A stretch of DNA of 64,000 bases, from the NCBI GenBank assembly GCA_023205875.1, contig CP060760.1, forward strand, positions 620,001-684,000, given 5' to 3'. Positions within the stretch are counted from its first letter, which is position 1; each line of letters begins with the position of its first letter. Under the pieces are notes generated by a model. The model saw only the letters and a program-made list of their open reading frames with translations. It searched no databases and was not told where the DNA came from. This document shows, piece by piece, positions 38,052 through 50,837 of this stretch. The DNA comes from Chloropicon primus (lineage: Eukaryota). The position numbers were made by a program, and so were the translations under genes.

Positions 38052-38496
38052 ATGGCGTTCAACTGGGCAAAGTACGAGGCGTGGAGGAAGCACCCCATGC
38101 TGCAGCCACGATTAAGCAGCGCTGTAAGTACCACTGCGAACGATGACACGGGCTCTTTCCCTCGTTCGGCTTCGGGAGGGCCTCTAGCGCTGTCTCGGGA
38201 AAGCGCCCTTCGAAGCACGAAGCTGCAGGAGAGAGAGCGAGGAGAGTGTGTGTGTGTGTTTTGTTTGTTTGTGGTAGCGTTGTCCCGATTTGTGTATTGA
38301 AGGAGGCGTGAGAACTGACAGCAGTTCGTTCTTTTTCGTGGGTTCTTTTTCTCTTGGAAACTCGTTTGGGCGTGGCTGGCTGCTGTCGCAGGTTCCAGGG
38401 CTCGGCCTCGGCGTCGCCTTGTTCGGGGTTTACATGATAGCGGAGACGGCTATGAGCGCCGCGGGGGGCAGCAAGGACAAGAAGGGGCACCACTAG
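38052..38496 (+). CDS. NDUFB3: Complex I B12 subunit, 2 exons (38052-38123, 38392-38496)
   Basis: EAWRKHPML..|VPGLGLGVALFGVY..HH pattern; canonical GTAAGT...GCAG intron. Confidence 0.88.
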
Positions 38497-38731
38497 CTCG
38501 AAGGCTGCGAACCGTGACGACGGGGGAAAACGACTCTATTTTTATGACTTTGGTCGTCTGTTATAGATAAAAAAACATACATTATGTTACAGGTCGAGAG
38601 TGGTGGTTCGCTTTCCTTTCGAGTCCAAAAGAGATGCCCGCCCCCGTCTCTCTCTCTCTCTCTCTCTCTCTCCGCACTACGACGTACAGTTGGGCCCTCT
38701 TCTCCTCCACTTCACTCCACTTCACTTCACT

Positions 38732-39772
<1,041 letters not shown>

Positions 39773-39980
39773 CACGGCAAGAACTCCTCGAAGCCAACAA
39801 GCTCCAGCGCCAGCGAGACACGTTTTTCGATTTTCTCCAGGTGACAGATGAGTGATAGAGCACAATACGCGCGATGGTTGAGGCTGAGCGGATTGGGCAT
39901 AATACATTACATCTTGGCGTGGGCCGGGGCCGGCTTTGACCGACCCCCCCCCCCGAAGTTTTTTGCTTTCGCAACGGCAG

Positions 39981-41084
39981 TTAGATGAGCTTCATCTCAG
40001 GGTACTCGGTGATGAGCTCCTCCTGCGAGTACACGTCATCGGGATCCTGGGGCGTCCAGAAGAGCTCGACCGCCAGGATGCTGCTTGCTCTGAGGGATCC
40101 GAGCCTGTTCAGAGCGATCTTCATGTCTTCCTGGGACTCTATCTTGGGCAACTTGAGGTCCTGCTCACAAGCAACGATGAGGGTGACCACGATGAGCTCG
40201 TTGATGTCCGTGTAGCTCCCCCCTGTCTTCCAGTCCTTCTCGGGCCTCTTCCACTCCCGCTTGCCCTTCTTGCCCTGGACGTTGCTGCTGGTCTCGATCT
40301 CGAACTTTTGCCTCTCGCTCATTTCGAACTGGTTGAAGTACGTCTCCGTCCTGTCCTGCGAGTTTGTCCTCTTCCCCTGGGTGTTGCCGTACACCCAGTA
40401 CTCGGGCGACCGGATCAGGGCGATGACGCTGTCCTGCATCAGGGCGTACAGCCCATTCCTGCTGCTGGTGTCCGCACTGTCCGCTATCTTGTCCAGGTCT
40501 CTCTGCACAAGCCTGGCGCTTCCAAGCAAACCTATTTGTATCTGCGCGACCGAATAGCCCTTCTCACCCCCACCGAGGTTGATGAGAGCCTTGTCGCTGT
40601 TGGCGCTGTAGATTCCGTACCCCACGACGCCGGCGAAGAGGAGAATCGGCAGGACTGACGCCATCGTGATCTCGGAGGACCCCCCCTTGCCCTTCGCGCT
40701 CCCAGCAACCCTCTTTGGCCCGCCACCGTCGAGCTCCCTCACTCCGTCGCCATCCCCCCTCCCCCTCCGTCTCAGGGCCTTGGTGCCTCCGCTCTTCGGA
40801 AGCTTCCCCTTGAAGAGGTTCCCGCCCACGTGTCCCGCCGTCCTCGCCGCGTATGACCTCGCGCTGGCGCCGAGGAACGCCCCTCCGAAGATGCCCGAAC
40901 CCAAGAGCGAGGACAAGAAACTCCTTCCTCCCCTGGTGTCGTCGCTCCCTTCCCCTCTGCCGAGGCCGTTGGAACGAGCGCTCGTGGTGCGGCTGCCCCT
41001 CGTCAGGGCAGATCTCGTCGACTTGGCCGGCTTCGAGACCCACGCCCGGGGTCCTCCTCGGAGTAGTACTCCCGCGGCTGCCAT
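39981..41084 (-). CDS. FLAP1: DUF1517 chloroplast protein (FLAP1-like)
   Basis: Transit-peptide-like N-terminus, one TM helix, QIGLLGSAR..QRDL..IA..ADTS and AVELFWTPQ motifs. Confidence 0.85.
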   Translation of the reverse strand: MAAAGVLLRGGPRAWVSKPAKSTRSALTRGSRTTSARSNGLGRGEGSDDTRGGRSFLSSLLGSGIFGGAFLGASARSYAARTAGHVGGNLFKGKLPKSGGTKALRRRGRGDGDGVRELDGGGPKRVAGSAKGKGGSSEITMASVLPILLFAGVVGYGIYSANSDKALINLGGGEKGYSVAQIQIGLLGSARLVQRDLDKIADSADTSSRNGLYALMQDSVIALIRSPEYWVYGNTQGKRTNSQDRTETYFNQFEMSERQKFEIETSSNVQGKKGKREWKRPEKDWKTGGSYTDINELIVVTLIVACEQDLKLPKIESQEDMKIALNRLGSLRASSILAVELFWTPQDPDDVYSQEELITEYPEMKLI

Positions 41085-41308
41085 GGCGCGAGAGATTATG
41101 AAGAACGAGGAAGGCGATCTCGATCTCCAGGAGGACCTTTGGATGGAAAGGGAGGGAGGCAATGGAGGAGGAGGCCTTGCTTAGGTACAAAGAAACAAAC
41201 AGATGATTGGTGTGTTTAATGAAATGACAACAAAACTTTTTGGCATACTATACAAACTCACGTCCGCGCACGACAGAGCAAGAGAGAAACAAAATTGTCC
41301 CGCACGGT

Positions 41309-42950
41309 CTACTCCTCTTCCCACTCCCCGTCGTCATCGCCGCTATCATCGGCCTCCTCCTCGATTTCCTTGAGCAGGTGTTGCATCTCGACGTCCTCCC
41401 TCGGTGGTGTCGCCGTGCCCTTGCCGGCCTTGTTCCTGGGCACCAGGGGCTTCATCTTGCAAATCAGGGCGAAGAAGGCGCCCACGATGGAAAGCGCACA
41501 GTGCACATACATGGCAGCCGCCTGCTGCTTCAGGTTGTTGCTCTGCACCAACCCGAGAGGAAGGGGGCCAAGGGCACTGCCCACCACCATCGAAGAGTAC
41601 CCGAGCCCCGATATTTTGCCCAAGTGCTTCCTTCCGAAGAGGTAGGCGTGCACAATACCGTACAAGTTGTTCATGGAGCCGCTGGAGACTCCGAACACGA
41701 AAGCGGAGAGGATCGTGACCGGAACGGATCTGTTCACGCTGAACAGGAAAATCGAGGAGCCCTGCAAAACCAGGGCGGCCGAGATGATCCACTTGGGATT
41801 CACTCTGTCGAAGAGGTACCCGATCACCAGATTCATGACGCTCGATGTGATCGCGCACGTCAGGTAGACAGTAGGCACCACCGAGTCCATGACCTTGGTG
41901 TCCGCATGCAAGTCTCTTCGAATGATTGAAATCAGGTGAAAGAACACCCCGGTCGCGTTGAAGGTCCACACGGAGCACCCCAGCGTCACCGCGTAAAAGT
42001 CCAGCGTCCTCAGCGCCTCCCGAAGCGTCTTGCCCTCGAGCTCCCTCTCCTTGCTCGGCCGGTCGGCCGCGTCATCGTCTCCGGAGGCCCCCCGAGCGGC
42101 ATCCGCGCGCAACGAGTACATCTCGGGCGTCTCCAGGAAGAACACGGAGCACAGGGGCACGAAGAAGACGAGGACGAACGTGCCTATCGCGGCAAAGGTC
42201 AGCCTCCACCCGATGTTCTCGCAACTCACCCTCGCCAGAACGGGAAGAAGTCCGGTCTTCGTCAACGATACTCCGGCCCCCGATATTCCTTGCATGAGGC
42301 CCCTCTTCTGAATCCACCAGTTGCTGATCAGGTTGGTCCCGATGAGCTGCATCCCTCCCTGCCCCAGAAACCTCAACAAGTAGAAGAACACCGTCAGCAG
42401 GACGGGCTCTGACACAACGCTGCCCAGAACTATGCACACCAGACCCATCAGCGTGGCGTTCAGCATCCCAGCCCACCGCAGCCCGAGTCGGTCCATCGCC
42501 CAACCGAGTCCAGGAATAGTCGAGGCGGACAGCAAGGTGGCCGAGGAGTACAGGACGCTGCGGCCGATGATCGCACAGAACGCAAAAGCCAAGGCGAAAG
42601 CGAAGCGGTCAGTCTCACAAAAGATGTGGATGCTGATAAGAAAAGAAGAAGAAGAAGAAGAAGAAGAAGAAGAGTGCACGCAAGCACACGTACCTCGTCG
42701 TGCTCCTCTTCACCCCCAAGTCGGCCTCGATGTAGTCCAGAACACCACCCAGGAAGGCCGTCTGCCCCACAGAGGTGAGCGCCTTGGTGAGCGTCCCGAT
42801 CAATATGATGGCATAAGCATACCGATTCCCGAACCGCCGCGCGAGCTTCAGTCCGACTTTCGTCGGCTTCCTCTCCTCCGACTCTCCGAGGACGCGAGAC
42901 GAGAGTGCCTTCCACTTGATCTTCCCATTGTCGCTGTCGACCCTCTTCAT
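41309..42950 (-). CDS. MFS transporter, tandem copy A (intron 42558-42693; alternative upstream ATG at 43058)
   Basis: GWAMDRLGLR and GYLFDR MFS motifs, FGRKHLGKISG, and about 12 TM segments. Confidence 0.88.
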
Positions 42951-43158
42951 CTCTCCCACCCGACCCGTGCGTGCTCGTCCTGGCTGCTGGGCGCCAAGAG
43001 CCTCATATTCTGGATCAGCTGCTGCTGCAGCGATGAAAGATGCTCCATCATCGAGCATGTCGAGACAGACCAAAGGAAGGAAAGCAACTTAATAAATGAC
43101 ACGATAGGATAACAAAACTTTTGGCATACTATACAAGAATGGAGTCCTCCCGCACGGT

Positions 43159-44855
43159 CTACTCCTCTTCCCACTCCCCGTCGTCATCGCCGCTATCATC
43201 GGCCTCCTCCTCGATTTCCTTGAGCAGGTGTTGCATCTCGACGTCCTCCCTCGGTGGTGTCGCCGTGCCCTTGCCGGCCTTGTTCCTGGGCACCAGGGGC
43301 TTCATCTTGCAAATCAGGGCGAAGAAGGCGCCCACGATGGGCGGGACGCACAGGGCGTACATCACCATCGTCTGCTGCTTCAGGTTGTTGCTCTGCACCA
43401 ACCCGAGAGGAAGGGGGCCAAGGGCACTGCCCACCACCATCGAAGAGTACCCGAGCCCCGATATTTTGCCCAAGTGCTTCCTTCCGAAGAGGTAGGCGTG
43501 CACCACGCCGCTCATGTTGTTCATGCAGCCGTTCGACACCCTACGTGATCGCATCGGGGAGAAGAGAAGGAGCGGATGTCAGAACACAAGGAGCCGTGGA
43601 ACAGTGGGGGAAAAGAACTCACCCGAAAACGAAAGCGGAGAGGATCGTGACCGGAACGGATCTGCTCACGCTGAACAGGAAAATCGAGAGGCTCTGCAAA
43701 ACCAGGGCGGCCGAGATGATCCACTTGGGGTTCGCTCTGTCGAAGAGGTACCCGATCACCAGGGTGAACACGCTCGATGTGATCGCGCACGTCAGGTAAA
43801 CGTGCGGCACCACCGAGTCCATGACCTTGGTGTCCGCACGCAAATCCGTTTGAAGGATCACGATCAGGTGAAAGAACACCCCGGTCGCGTTGAAGGTCCA
43901 CACGGAGCACCCCAGCGTCACCGCGTAAAAGTCCAGCGTCCTCAGCGCCTCCCGAAGCGTCTTGCCCTCGAGCTCCCTCTCCTTGCTCGGCCGGTCGGCC
44001 GCGTCATCGTCTCCGGAGGCCCCCCGAGCGGCATCCGCGCGCAACGAGTACATCTCGGGCGTCTCCAGGAAGAACACGGAGCACAGGGGCACGAAGAAGA
44101 CGAGGACGAACGTGCCTATCGCGGCAAAGGTCAGCCTCCACCCGATGTTCTCGCAACTCACCCTCGCCAGAACGGGAAATACCCCTGTCATGCTGAGAGA
44201 CAACCCAACGCCCGATATTCCTTGCATGAGGCCCCTCTTCTGAATCCACCAGTTGCTGATCAGGTTGGTCCCGATGAGCTGCATCCCTCCCTGCCCCAGA
44301 AACCTCAACAAGTAGAAGAACACCGTCAGCAGGACGGGCTCTGACGCAATGCTGCCCAGAACTATGCACACCAGACCCATCAGCGTGGCGTTCAGCATCC
44401 CAGCCCACCGCAGCCCGAGTCGGTCCATCGCCCAACCGAGTCCTGGCAGGGTCGATGCGGACAGCAAGGTGGCCGAGGAGTACAGGACGCTGCGGAAACG
44501 AGAGGCGAAAGCGAAGCGGTCAGTCTCACAAAAGATGTGGATGCTGATAAGAAAAGAAGAAGAAGAAGAAGAAGAAGAGTGCACGCAAGCACACGTACCT
44601 CGTCGTGCTCCTCTTCACCCCCAAGTCGGCCTCGATGTAGTCCAGAACACCGCCCAGAAAAGTAGTCTGGCCACAAGCTGACAGCGCCTTGGTGAGCGTC
44701 CCGATCAGCACGATGGCGTACGCATACCGACTGCCGAACCGCCGCGCGAGCTTCAGTCCGACTTTCGTCGGCTTCCTCTCCTCCGACTCTCCGAGGACGC
44801 GAGACGAGAGTGCCTTCCACTTGATCTTCCCGTTGTTGCTGTCAACCCTCTTCAT
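43159..44855 (-). CDS. MFS transporter, tandem copy B (introns 44490-44598 and 43541-43622)
   Basis: Near-identical to copy A; an extra GT-AG intron restores VFG|VSNGCM. Confidence 0.85.
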
Positions 44856-45353
44856 CTCTCCCACCTGCGCGTCGTGTTGCGCGTCGCGCGCGCGGCGTCC
44901 ACGTCGTCCTCGCACGCACGCACAAACCCTCTGCGCGAACCCTCCCCCTCGTCCTCCTCCACAAGCTCCCCTGCTGCTGCAGAGCCTCGTTCCCTCGATT
45001 CGTCCCAACCCACGCAAACGAACGCCAAACTCTTCAAGCGAGGCGTCGCTCGAAAGCTCTCGAGACGCGGGATCGCAAAATGAGTCAGGCTCGCCGCCCC
45101 CACGCCACCTCTTAAGCGCCCCAAAGGCAAAGCACTCGCCTCTCTCTCTCTCTCTCTCCCTCTCTCTCTCTCCCTCTCTCTGTGCTGGCCAGGCGACAGC
45201 CACAGAAAAAAAATTCCCTCGAGATGCGATCCGATCCATGCTTCCCGTAACGCACGAGCGGCGGTTAGGTTTGTGAGAGAGGCGATCTCGGTCTCGGTCT
45301 CGGTCTCGGTGAAGAAGCTTGAGTTGGTTTGTTTGGAGAGTTCGTTCAGCGGG

Positions 45354-45770
45354 ATGCCTCTGTTCCAGAGCGTGTTGAACACGGAGTCGCTCCGCCGGAG
45401 GAGGAGGGAGGAGGGTCCTGGCGGGGGGGAGGAGAAGAGCGAGCCGAGCGGGGAGGAGAAGACGGACGGGGCGAAGGCGAAGGGGAAGGGGAAGATCTTG
45501 ACGAGTTCCGCGGAGGAGGACAGGGCGCCGGACATTTTCGACACGCACGTGGGGCCCTTCCTCGAGAGGTACGTTCTGTGGTGCCAGAAGAAGGGCGTCA
45601 TTCTGGGGTGGATCCCCGGGTTGGTCGGAGTGGCAGCCTTCATCGCTGTGGCCATGGTGGGGGGCTCGCTGCTGGGCTGGGCAACTGGCCAAGGGATCAT
45701 CAAGGTCCTCGACTATTTTGGCCTGGTCGAGAAGCTGAGAGCGAGCTTCGATGCGCTGGACGGGGCGTGA
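45354..45770 (+). CDS. Small hypothetical membrane protein
   Basis: ATG at 45354; long hydrophobic stretch GVILGWIPGLVGVAAFIAVAMVGGSLLGWA. Confidence 0.65.
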   Translation: MPLFQSVLNTESLRRRRREEGPGGGEEKSEPSGEEKTDGAKAKGKGKILTSSAEEDRAPDIFDTHVGPFLERYVLWCQKKGVILGWIPGLVGVAAFIAVAMVGGSLLGWATGQGIIKVLDYFGLVEKLRASFDALDGA

Positions 45771-45876
45771 AGGAGGCGAGTCGCCGGCAGCGGAGGCGGA
45801 GGGAAACCACACATAACTCTCTCTTTACACATTCAAGAAGTGCTAGCGTTCCTGTTTTTTTCCCCCGTTTCGTTTC

Positions 45877-47724
45877 TCAGAACTGCGCCGCTTGGATCAG
45901 GTCCAAGTCCGAGGGAGCCATGGGCACCAGAGTGGCGATGGAAAAGGTCAGCACGGCGGCGGCAAAGAGCATCCTGTTCGTGTCCACCCCCGTGACTTGG
46001 TTCTTGTAGTATTGCTCCGGCATCCTCTGGCAGAAAAGGACGTACAGCCCGAAGGGGAGACTCAGGGTGCTCCCCAGGAGGCCAAACCCGAGTCCCGCGT
46101 ACGTCAGTATCGCAGAGATGCTGAGGGCCCTCTTGCCGTAGGCGGACTGGACGATCCTCCCCCCGTCGAGAGACCCGACGGGGAGGGCGTTGAGGGCCGT
46201 GCAGACAAGGCTGCACCAGCCCGCGACGACGGTCGGGTGGACCATCACTTGGGACTTGGCCATCGCCGCGGAGCCCACGAACGTTTTGGCTAGGGTGCCC
46301 AACAGGACCGAGCCCTGGAAGAGCACCGAAGGCACCGGAATCAAGTTCTGCGCGCCCTGGTCCATGCTCATGATCAGCCCGTAGAGGAAGAGGGCGCTGG
46401 AGACCGCGCCGCTTGCCGCCAGACCCCCGTAGGCCACGTCGAACATGTCCGACCTCGTTTTGCAGAGGGACTTGAACTGCGTGATGGAGCCAAAGAGGCC
46501 GATCTGGCCGTTCGGGATGATGAAGCTGGGGCCCAGCTTGAGGCCCTTGAACTTGGCCACGACCCTGTGCCCAAAGTCGTGTGCGAGCTCCGCGCCAAAG
46601 ATGGAGGCGGAGATCGGGGCGGCCGCCTTGACCAGGGGCAAGGGGTCCCAGTTGGCGAGCAGATTCTGAAGGCTCTCCTGGTTCTCCGACGTGCCGCTCT
46701 TCATCGTGGCGTCTACGATCTCCTGGGGGACCATGAAGAGCTCCGCGCCGATCCCGACCTGCATGCAGCTCAGGGCTCCTATGACGGCAAGCAGGATGCT
46801 CACGATGATCTGGCCCTTTGTCGTCTCCGGCGGCTTGGCTACCTGGGCGGGAAGCAGCAAGAAAGCGATCCTCTCCCTCCCCTTGAGGTCCTCGTATTCG
46901 TCCGCGTCCGGGTCCTCGATGACCAGGACCTCGTACTTGTCCGGGAACAGCTTCTTGACCTCGCTCTCAACCTTCTGGAACACGGCCTCCACCTCTCCTC
47001 TGAGGTTCCCCTTGAAGAGCATCCCACCGACAATGTCGTCGTTCGGCGTCATCTCCGTCACCCAAAACGTCTCGGCCCCAAAGACTTTCTCCTTCATCAC
47101 CTTGCAGTCGTCCCTGCTCACCTGGTTCTCCATCTCCTCCGGCTTGAGCAGCTCCACGAGCTTGTCAAACTCCTTTCGGAGGCTCTCCTCGGAGCTCTTC
47201 TCGCCCCCCTGCTTCACCTCGTTGACGATCTTGGAGATCTGCTCGGCGGCAGACCTCACCTTCTCCGATTCCTCGTCCTTCCCCTCCTGCCGGGGGGACG
47301 AGCCCTCGCCCTGGCCTCCAAAGTACCCGCCGCTCCCCTGCCCCTGGGACGAGGAGGGTGCCTTGCCGTCCGCGCTCGCAATCTTCGACAAGATATCGGG
47401 ATTAAACTCCACCTTGAGCGGCTCGTCCCGCTTCTCGACCTCCTCGGCCTCCTCCTCCACGCCCAGGATGGCGTCAAGGTCGGTCAGCGTGCGCATGACG
47501 GACTGCTCGCCGGAGACGGACGCGGTGGAAGACCCCTTCTCGGTGGTACCGGGCTGCGTTCGCACCTCCTCCTTCCCCTCATCGTCATCGAAAGCGCGGG
47601 GCCGTCCCGCCCTCCTAAAGTTCCGCCGCGGCGCGGCGGGCAGCCTCGCCCTCGAGCGAGGACCCGTCAGGCCGCTCGTGGTGCAGACGCCCCGGCAAGG
47701 CACGCAGGTCGTCGTCGGCCTCAT
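45877..47724 (-). CDS. EGY: Chloroplast EGY-family site-2 (M50) intramembrane metalloprotease
   Basis: Transit peptide, FGAETFWVT, FKGNLRG, HDFGH (HExxH variant) and LNALPVGSLDGGRI. Confidence 0.88.
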   Translation of the reverse strand: MRPTTTCVPCRGVCTTSGLTGPRSRARLPAAPRRNFRRAGRPRAFDDDEGKEEVRTQPGTTEKGSSTASVSGEQSVMRTLTDLDAILGVEEEAEEVEKRDEPLKVEFNPDILSKIASADGKAPSSSQGQGSGGYFGGQGEGSSPRQEGKDEESEKVRSAAEQISKIVNEVKQGGEKSSEESLRKEFDKLVELLKPEEMENQVSRDDCKVMKEKVFGAETFWVTEMTPNDDIVGGMLFKGNLRGEVEAVFQKVESEVKKLFPDKYEVLVIEDPDADEYEDLKGRERIAFLLLPAQVAKPPETTKGQIIVSILLAVIGALSCMQVGIGAELFMVPQEIVDATMKSGTSENQESLQNLLANWDPLPLVKAAAPISASIFGAELAHDFGHRVVAKFKGLKLGPSFIIPNGQIGLFGSITQFKSLCKTRSDMFDVAYGGLAASGAVSSALFLYGLIMSMDQGAQNLIPVPSVLFQGSVLLGTLAKTFVGSAAMAKSQVMVHPTVVAGWCSLVCTALNALPVGSLDGGRIVQSAYGKRALSISAILTYAGLGFGLLGSTLSLPFGLYVLFCQRMPEQYYKNQVTGVDTNRMLFAAAVLTFSIATLVPMAPSDLDLIQAAQF

Positions 47725-47984
47725 GGTGTCACGACGAGCGCAACCCAACCCAACAAAGCAGACACAGACAGACGGGTGATGATTGTTCTCCTGGCCAGGA
47801 GTGGTCTTTTAGGGAATGGGAGGCTGGAGGATGGGACAGAGAGAAGCGGAAACGGCTGAATGGTAAAGGTTGTAAAGGTCTTGAAAATGGATTTAACTCC
47901 CCACCTCAAAGGGTTGGGGGCTCTCGTGCAAAGGGGAACGTTCGCCGAAAAGTTCAAGAGGCGTCATGCATTGGTCTGCGTCGA

Positions 47985-49450
47985 TCAACCATTGAAGGCA
48001 AAGTCGAAGGCCAAGGCAGCGTTTCCATCTGCAATCTCAAGGGCCTGAACGAACGCGTCGGTCTGTTGTTCCTGTAAGAGATCAAGAGCGTTGCCCGGGG
48101 CCGCGTTCTGGTCGGCAAGGCCCTTGGATCCTGCGCCGGCGGCACCGGCAAGGGAGTTGCTTATGCCTCCGGATACGGGTGATCCAACACTGCTGCCATC
48201 GTACGCCTGGGTCGAGGAGAGCTCGAAACCGGATGCGCCGGCGACGTCATCAACGGATCCGGCCGTGTACCTTCCGTGGGCGTTTCCGTGGCCGCTCACG
48301 AGTGGGGGTGGGTAAAGCAGGCGAAGATTGCTGAACTCGGAGTTTCCTCCTGTGGTCGCCGAGGTCTGCTTCGTGCCTCCCAATTTCATCGTCATGGCCA
48401 CGGAATCCGCTCCTGCCGAGGCCCTCGCAAACGTCAGGGGCTCCTCTTCGACCCTTGCAAGGGTGAACGCTGGGAGAGGACGACGAAGAAGTGTTGGCGG
48501 TGTCAGCGGAAGCAGGGGAAAACCTAGAGATCGATGAGATGATGGCACTTACAGTCGCTCAGTGACCCCTGAACGGCTCCAGGGAATGCCCCCGGGTCCG
48601 AAAAGTTGGCGAATGGGGCGTACCCCGCGGTCGAAGCAGTCGCCGCGCTGCCCACGGATAAGCCGAAGGTGGAAGCCGCATCCGCGCCCCCGGACCCATA
48701 GTTGCTGACCTTGACGAAAGTCGGAGTCGTGCTCGAGCTGTGATCGAGCAGCTTCCTTCCGATCGGACTGAACGGAGTGTACTGGTCGAAGAGGTCTTGA
48801 GTGAAAATTATACCCGATTGGTCGGTATTGTCCTCGAGCATCTGCAGAATGTCACTCGTGCTCCTGAGCAGGCCGGGATAGAATCCCCCGGCCGCCCTCT
48901 GGCGGGCTACAGTTTCACTTAAGGCGCCAATGAATCCATCTTCTAGATCGAAGTCCTTGACTGCCCTGGAATCGGTGGCCTGCGCTCCCTGACTGAAGAG
49001 GAAAGCAGCAGGATTCGGCGAGAAGGCGGAACCGTGGAAGCTCCCGAACCCGTTCGCCTCGGCAAGCTCGCCAGGTTCAAAATCCTGAGACATGGCCTTG
49101 GTCTGCTGGAAAGACTCCGCGTCGGCGGCAAAAATCACGGGAGTCCCAACAAGGGCGGAGGACTTGGCCCCACCCTCCGAGAGGGTGTCCGTGGGGCCGC
49201 GTTGGGCCTCCGAAAAGCCGTAGTTCACGTTTCTCGCCAACGCCATTGGTGGGGCATCTCTCGAACTATTGCCGACCGCGAGGGAGATGCCGATGGCCGT
49301 CTGCGTGGATACCCCGAGGCCGTCATTCTGATTGGCATAGACGGACCCGTGGCCCTGGACGTTGGCCCTCCCGAGTTCTGCACCGTAGGTGCTGGCGGAG
49401 GACACGCCCAGCAACAGGGCCAGGAGGCAGAGCTTCGAGGTGGTGGGCAT
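47985..49450 (-). CDS. Secreted two-domain G/A/S-rich protein A, 2 exons (49450-48553, 48469-47985)
   Basis: Signal peptide; a GTAAGT..CCCAG intron at 48470-48552 joins two ORFs in frame; internal GRKLL; ends FNG*. Confidence 0.8.
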
Positions 49451-49949
49451 GGTGATGGTGGTGGTTGGTGTTGTTGTTCGTCGTCAGGGCGTTGGGTGGC
49501 TTCGTCAAGTCGCGAGGACGGACGTGCTTGTTGTTCGGCAGGGGGCGCCGGGCGTTCCGCGACTTCTGACGAGACGAACGGAGCGGCATCGTGGCGCGGA
49601 CACCCGAGCCGCCGGGGCGAGTCTCGCGGCAAAAAACGCACCCACGCGCGTAACGCTCGTAACGCGCGGTACAGAGATCTCTGTGCTGTTGTAGATTCAG
49701 ATCTTCGATGGGAGACGTTAAATCAGGTCGGCTTGTCGGCTGTCCTTGGGATGAATGCCAACTCCGAGGAGGACGAGGACGAGGCGAGGCAAAGACGACC
49801 ACCTGTTTCGTTGTCTTGTCTTGAAAACTTGAGAGTTGTGCGGGTATTACAATGCGTTGGTTCTTTTATCAGATAAACAAACTTTGTTTTATCCCACCAT
49901 CGCGCTTTTCCTGTCCTCCCCCTCCTTCCTCTTCCCTCAGCCTTCCTCT

Positions 49950-50558
49950 TCAGCGCCCCGTCATCGGGGGGACGAGGCCGCGAGCGTAGTTGTGCGCGTT
50001 GACGTACGCGATGGTCTCCAAGTCCGGGAGGAGGGTCTCGAACCCGGGGGCGACCCCGGCCTCCTCCTCCGCGATGGACTGGGAGACCACGAACTCGGGC
50101 CTGGCGACCACCTTGGACGCCATGACCCCCCTGACGATCGGGATGTCCTCCGGCTGCGCGGTGGCGTGGCCGCCGAAGCCGCCGGTCGCGCTGCCGGAGC
50201 CGGGGGCCCAGGCGCCCGGGTGCTTGGAGGCCTCCGAGGACTGGCTCGTCCTCGCGTCCACCGCCCTGCCGGGGGAGGTGGCCCCCGCCCCGGAGAAGCC
50301 GAACTCCGCCGCGAGGCTGTCCCCCGCGGCCTCCGAGATGCCCCCGCTGACCGAGTTGCCGCCCGCGAAGAAGCTGCGCCCGGGCTCTCCGAGGGAGATC
50401 CCGAAGCCGTTCGTCTGGGAGGCCGAGGTGGCCCTCCCCTTGACGGCGTGGGCCGCCCTGTGCCCGCGGTGGGGGAGGTGGCCCCACGCCTCTGCGCTCG
50501 TCGCGACAAGGACGGCGGCGAGGGCCAGGAGCCCGATCGCGCGCTGGATGGTCGCCAT
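49950..50558 (-). CDS. Secreted G/A/S-rich protein B
   Basis: MATIQRAIGLLALAAVLVATSAEA signal peptide; ends MTGR*; TGTAA (minus) at 49847-49851. Confidence 0.8.
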   Translation of the reverse strand: MATIQRAIGLLALAAVLVATSAEAWGHLPHRGHRAAHAVKGRATSASQTNGFGISLGEPGRSFFAGGNSVSGGISEAAGDSLAAEFGFSGAGATSPGRAVDARTSQSSEASKHPGAWAPGSGSATGGFGGHATAQPEDIPIVRGVMASKVVARPEFVVSQSIAEEEAGVAPGFETLLPDLETIAYVNAHNYARGLVPPMTGR

Positions 50559-50837
50559 CGCCAAGTGGTGTTGTCTCGTCGTGAAGGAAAGAAGCGCTCC
50601 GAGAAGTCCGCGCGCGCCTTGGGTCGTCGCGCTGCCCCCTGCAGATTTTGACAGCCAAAGACTCCAGGAAAATCGAAAAAGGAGTGTCCAAAAAAAAAAA
50701 GCGATTGTGCTGTATAACGCGCAGTTTTCCCTGGAGGCCCATGGGGGGGGGGCACCGCTCCGCGCGCGCGCAGAACGGCGCGATCCCCGTCGTCGGAGCA
50801 AAGGGAAAAAGCACTGAAACCGCCCGACACCACCATC

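Larger units (their letters stand above)
41229..44864. repeat. Direct tandem duplication of ~1.75 kb (41229-42960 / 43091-44864)
   Basis: Shared 3' flank aacaaaacttt(t)tggcatactatacaa and long identical coding blocks. Confidence 0.92.

Noticed and set aside
48470..48552. Apparent frameshift or two overlapping ORFs (48524-49450 and 47985-48548)
   Set aside because: Resolved by a canonical 83-nt intron, so this is not a pseudogene or a programmed frameshift.
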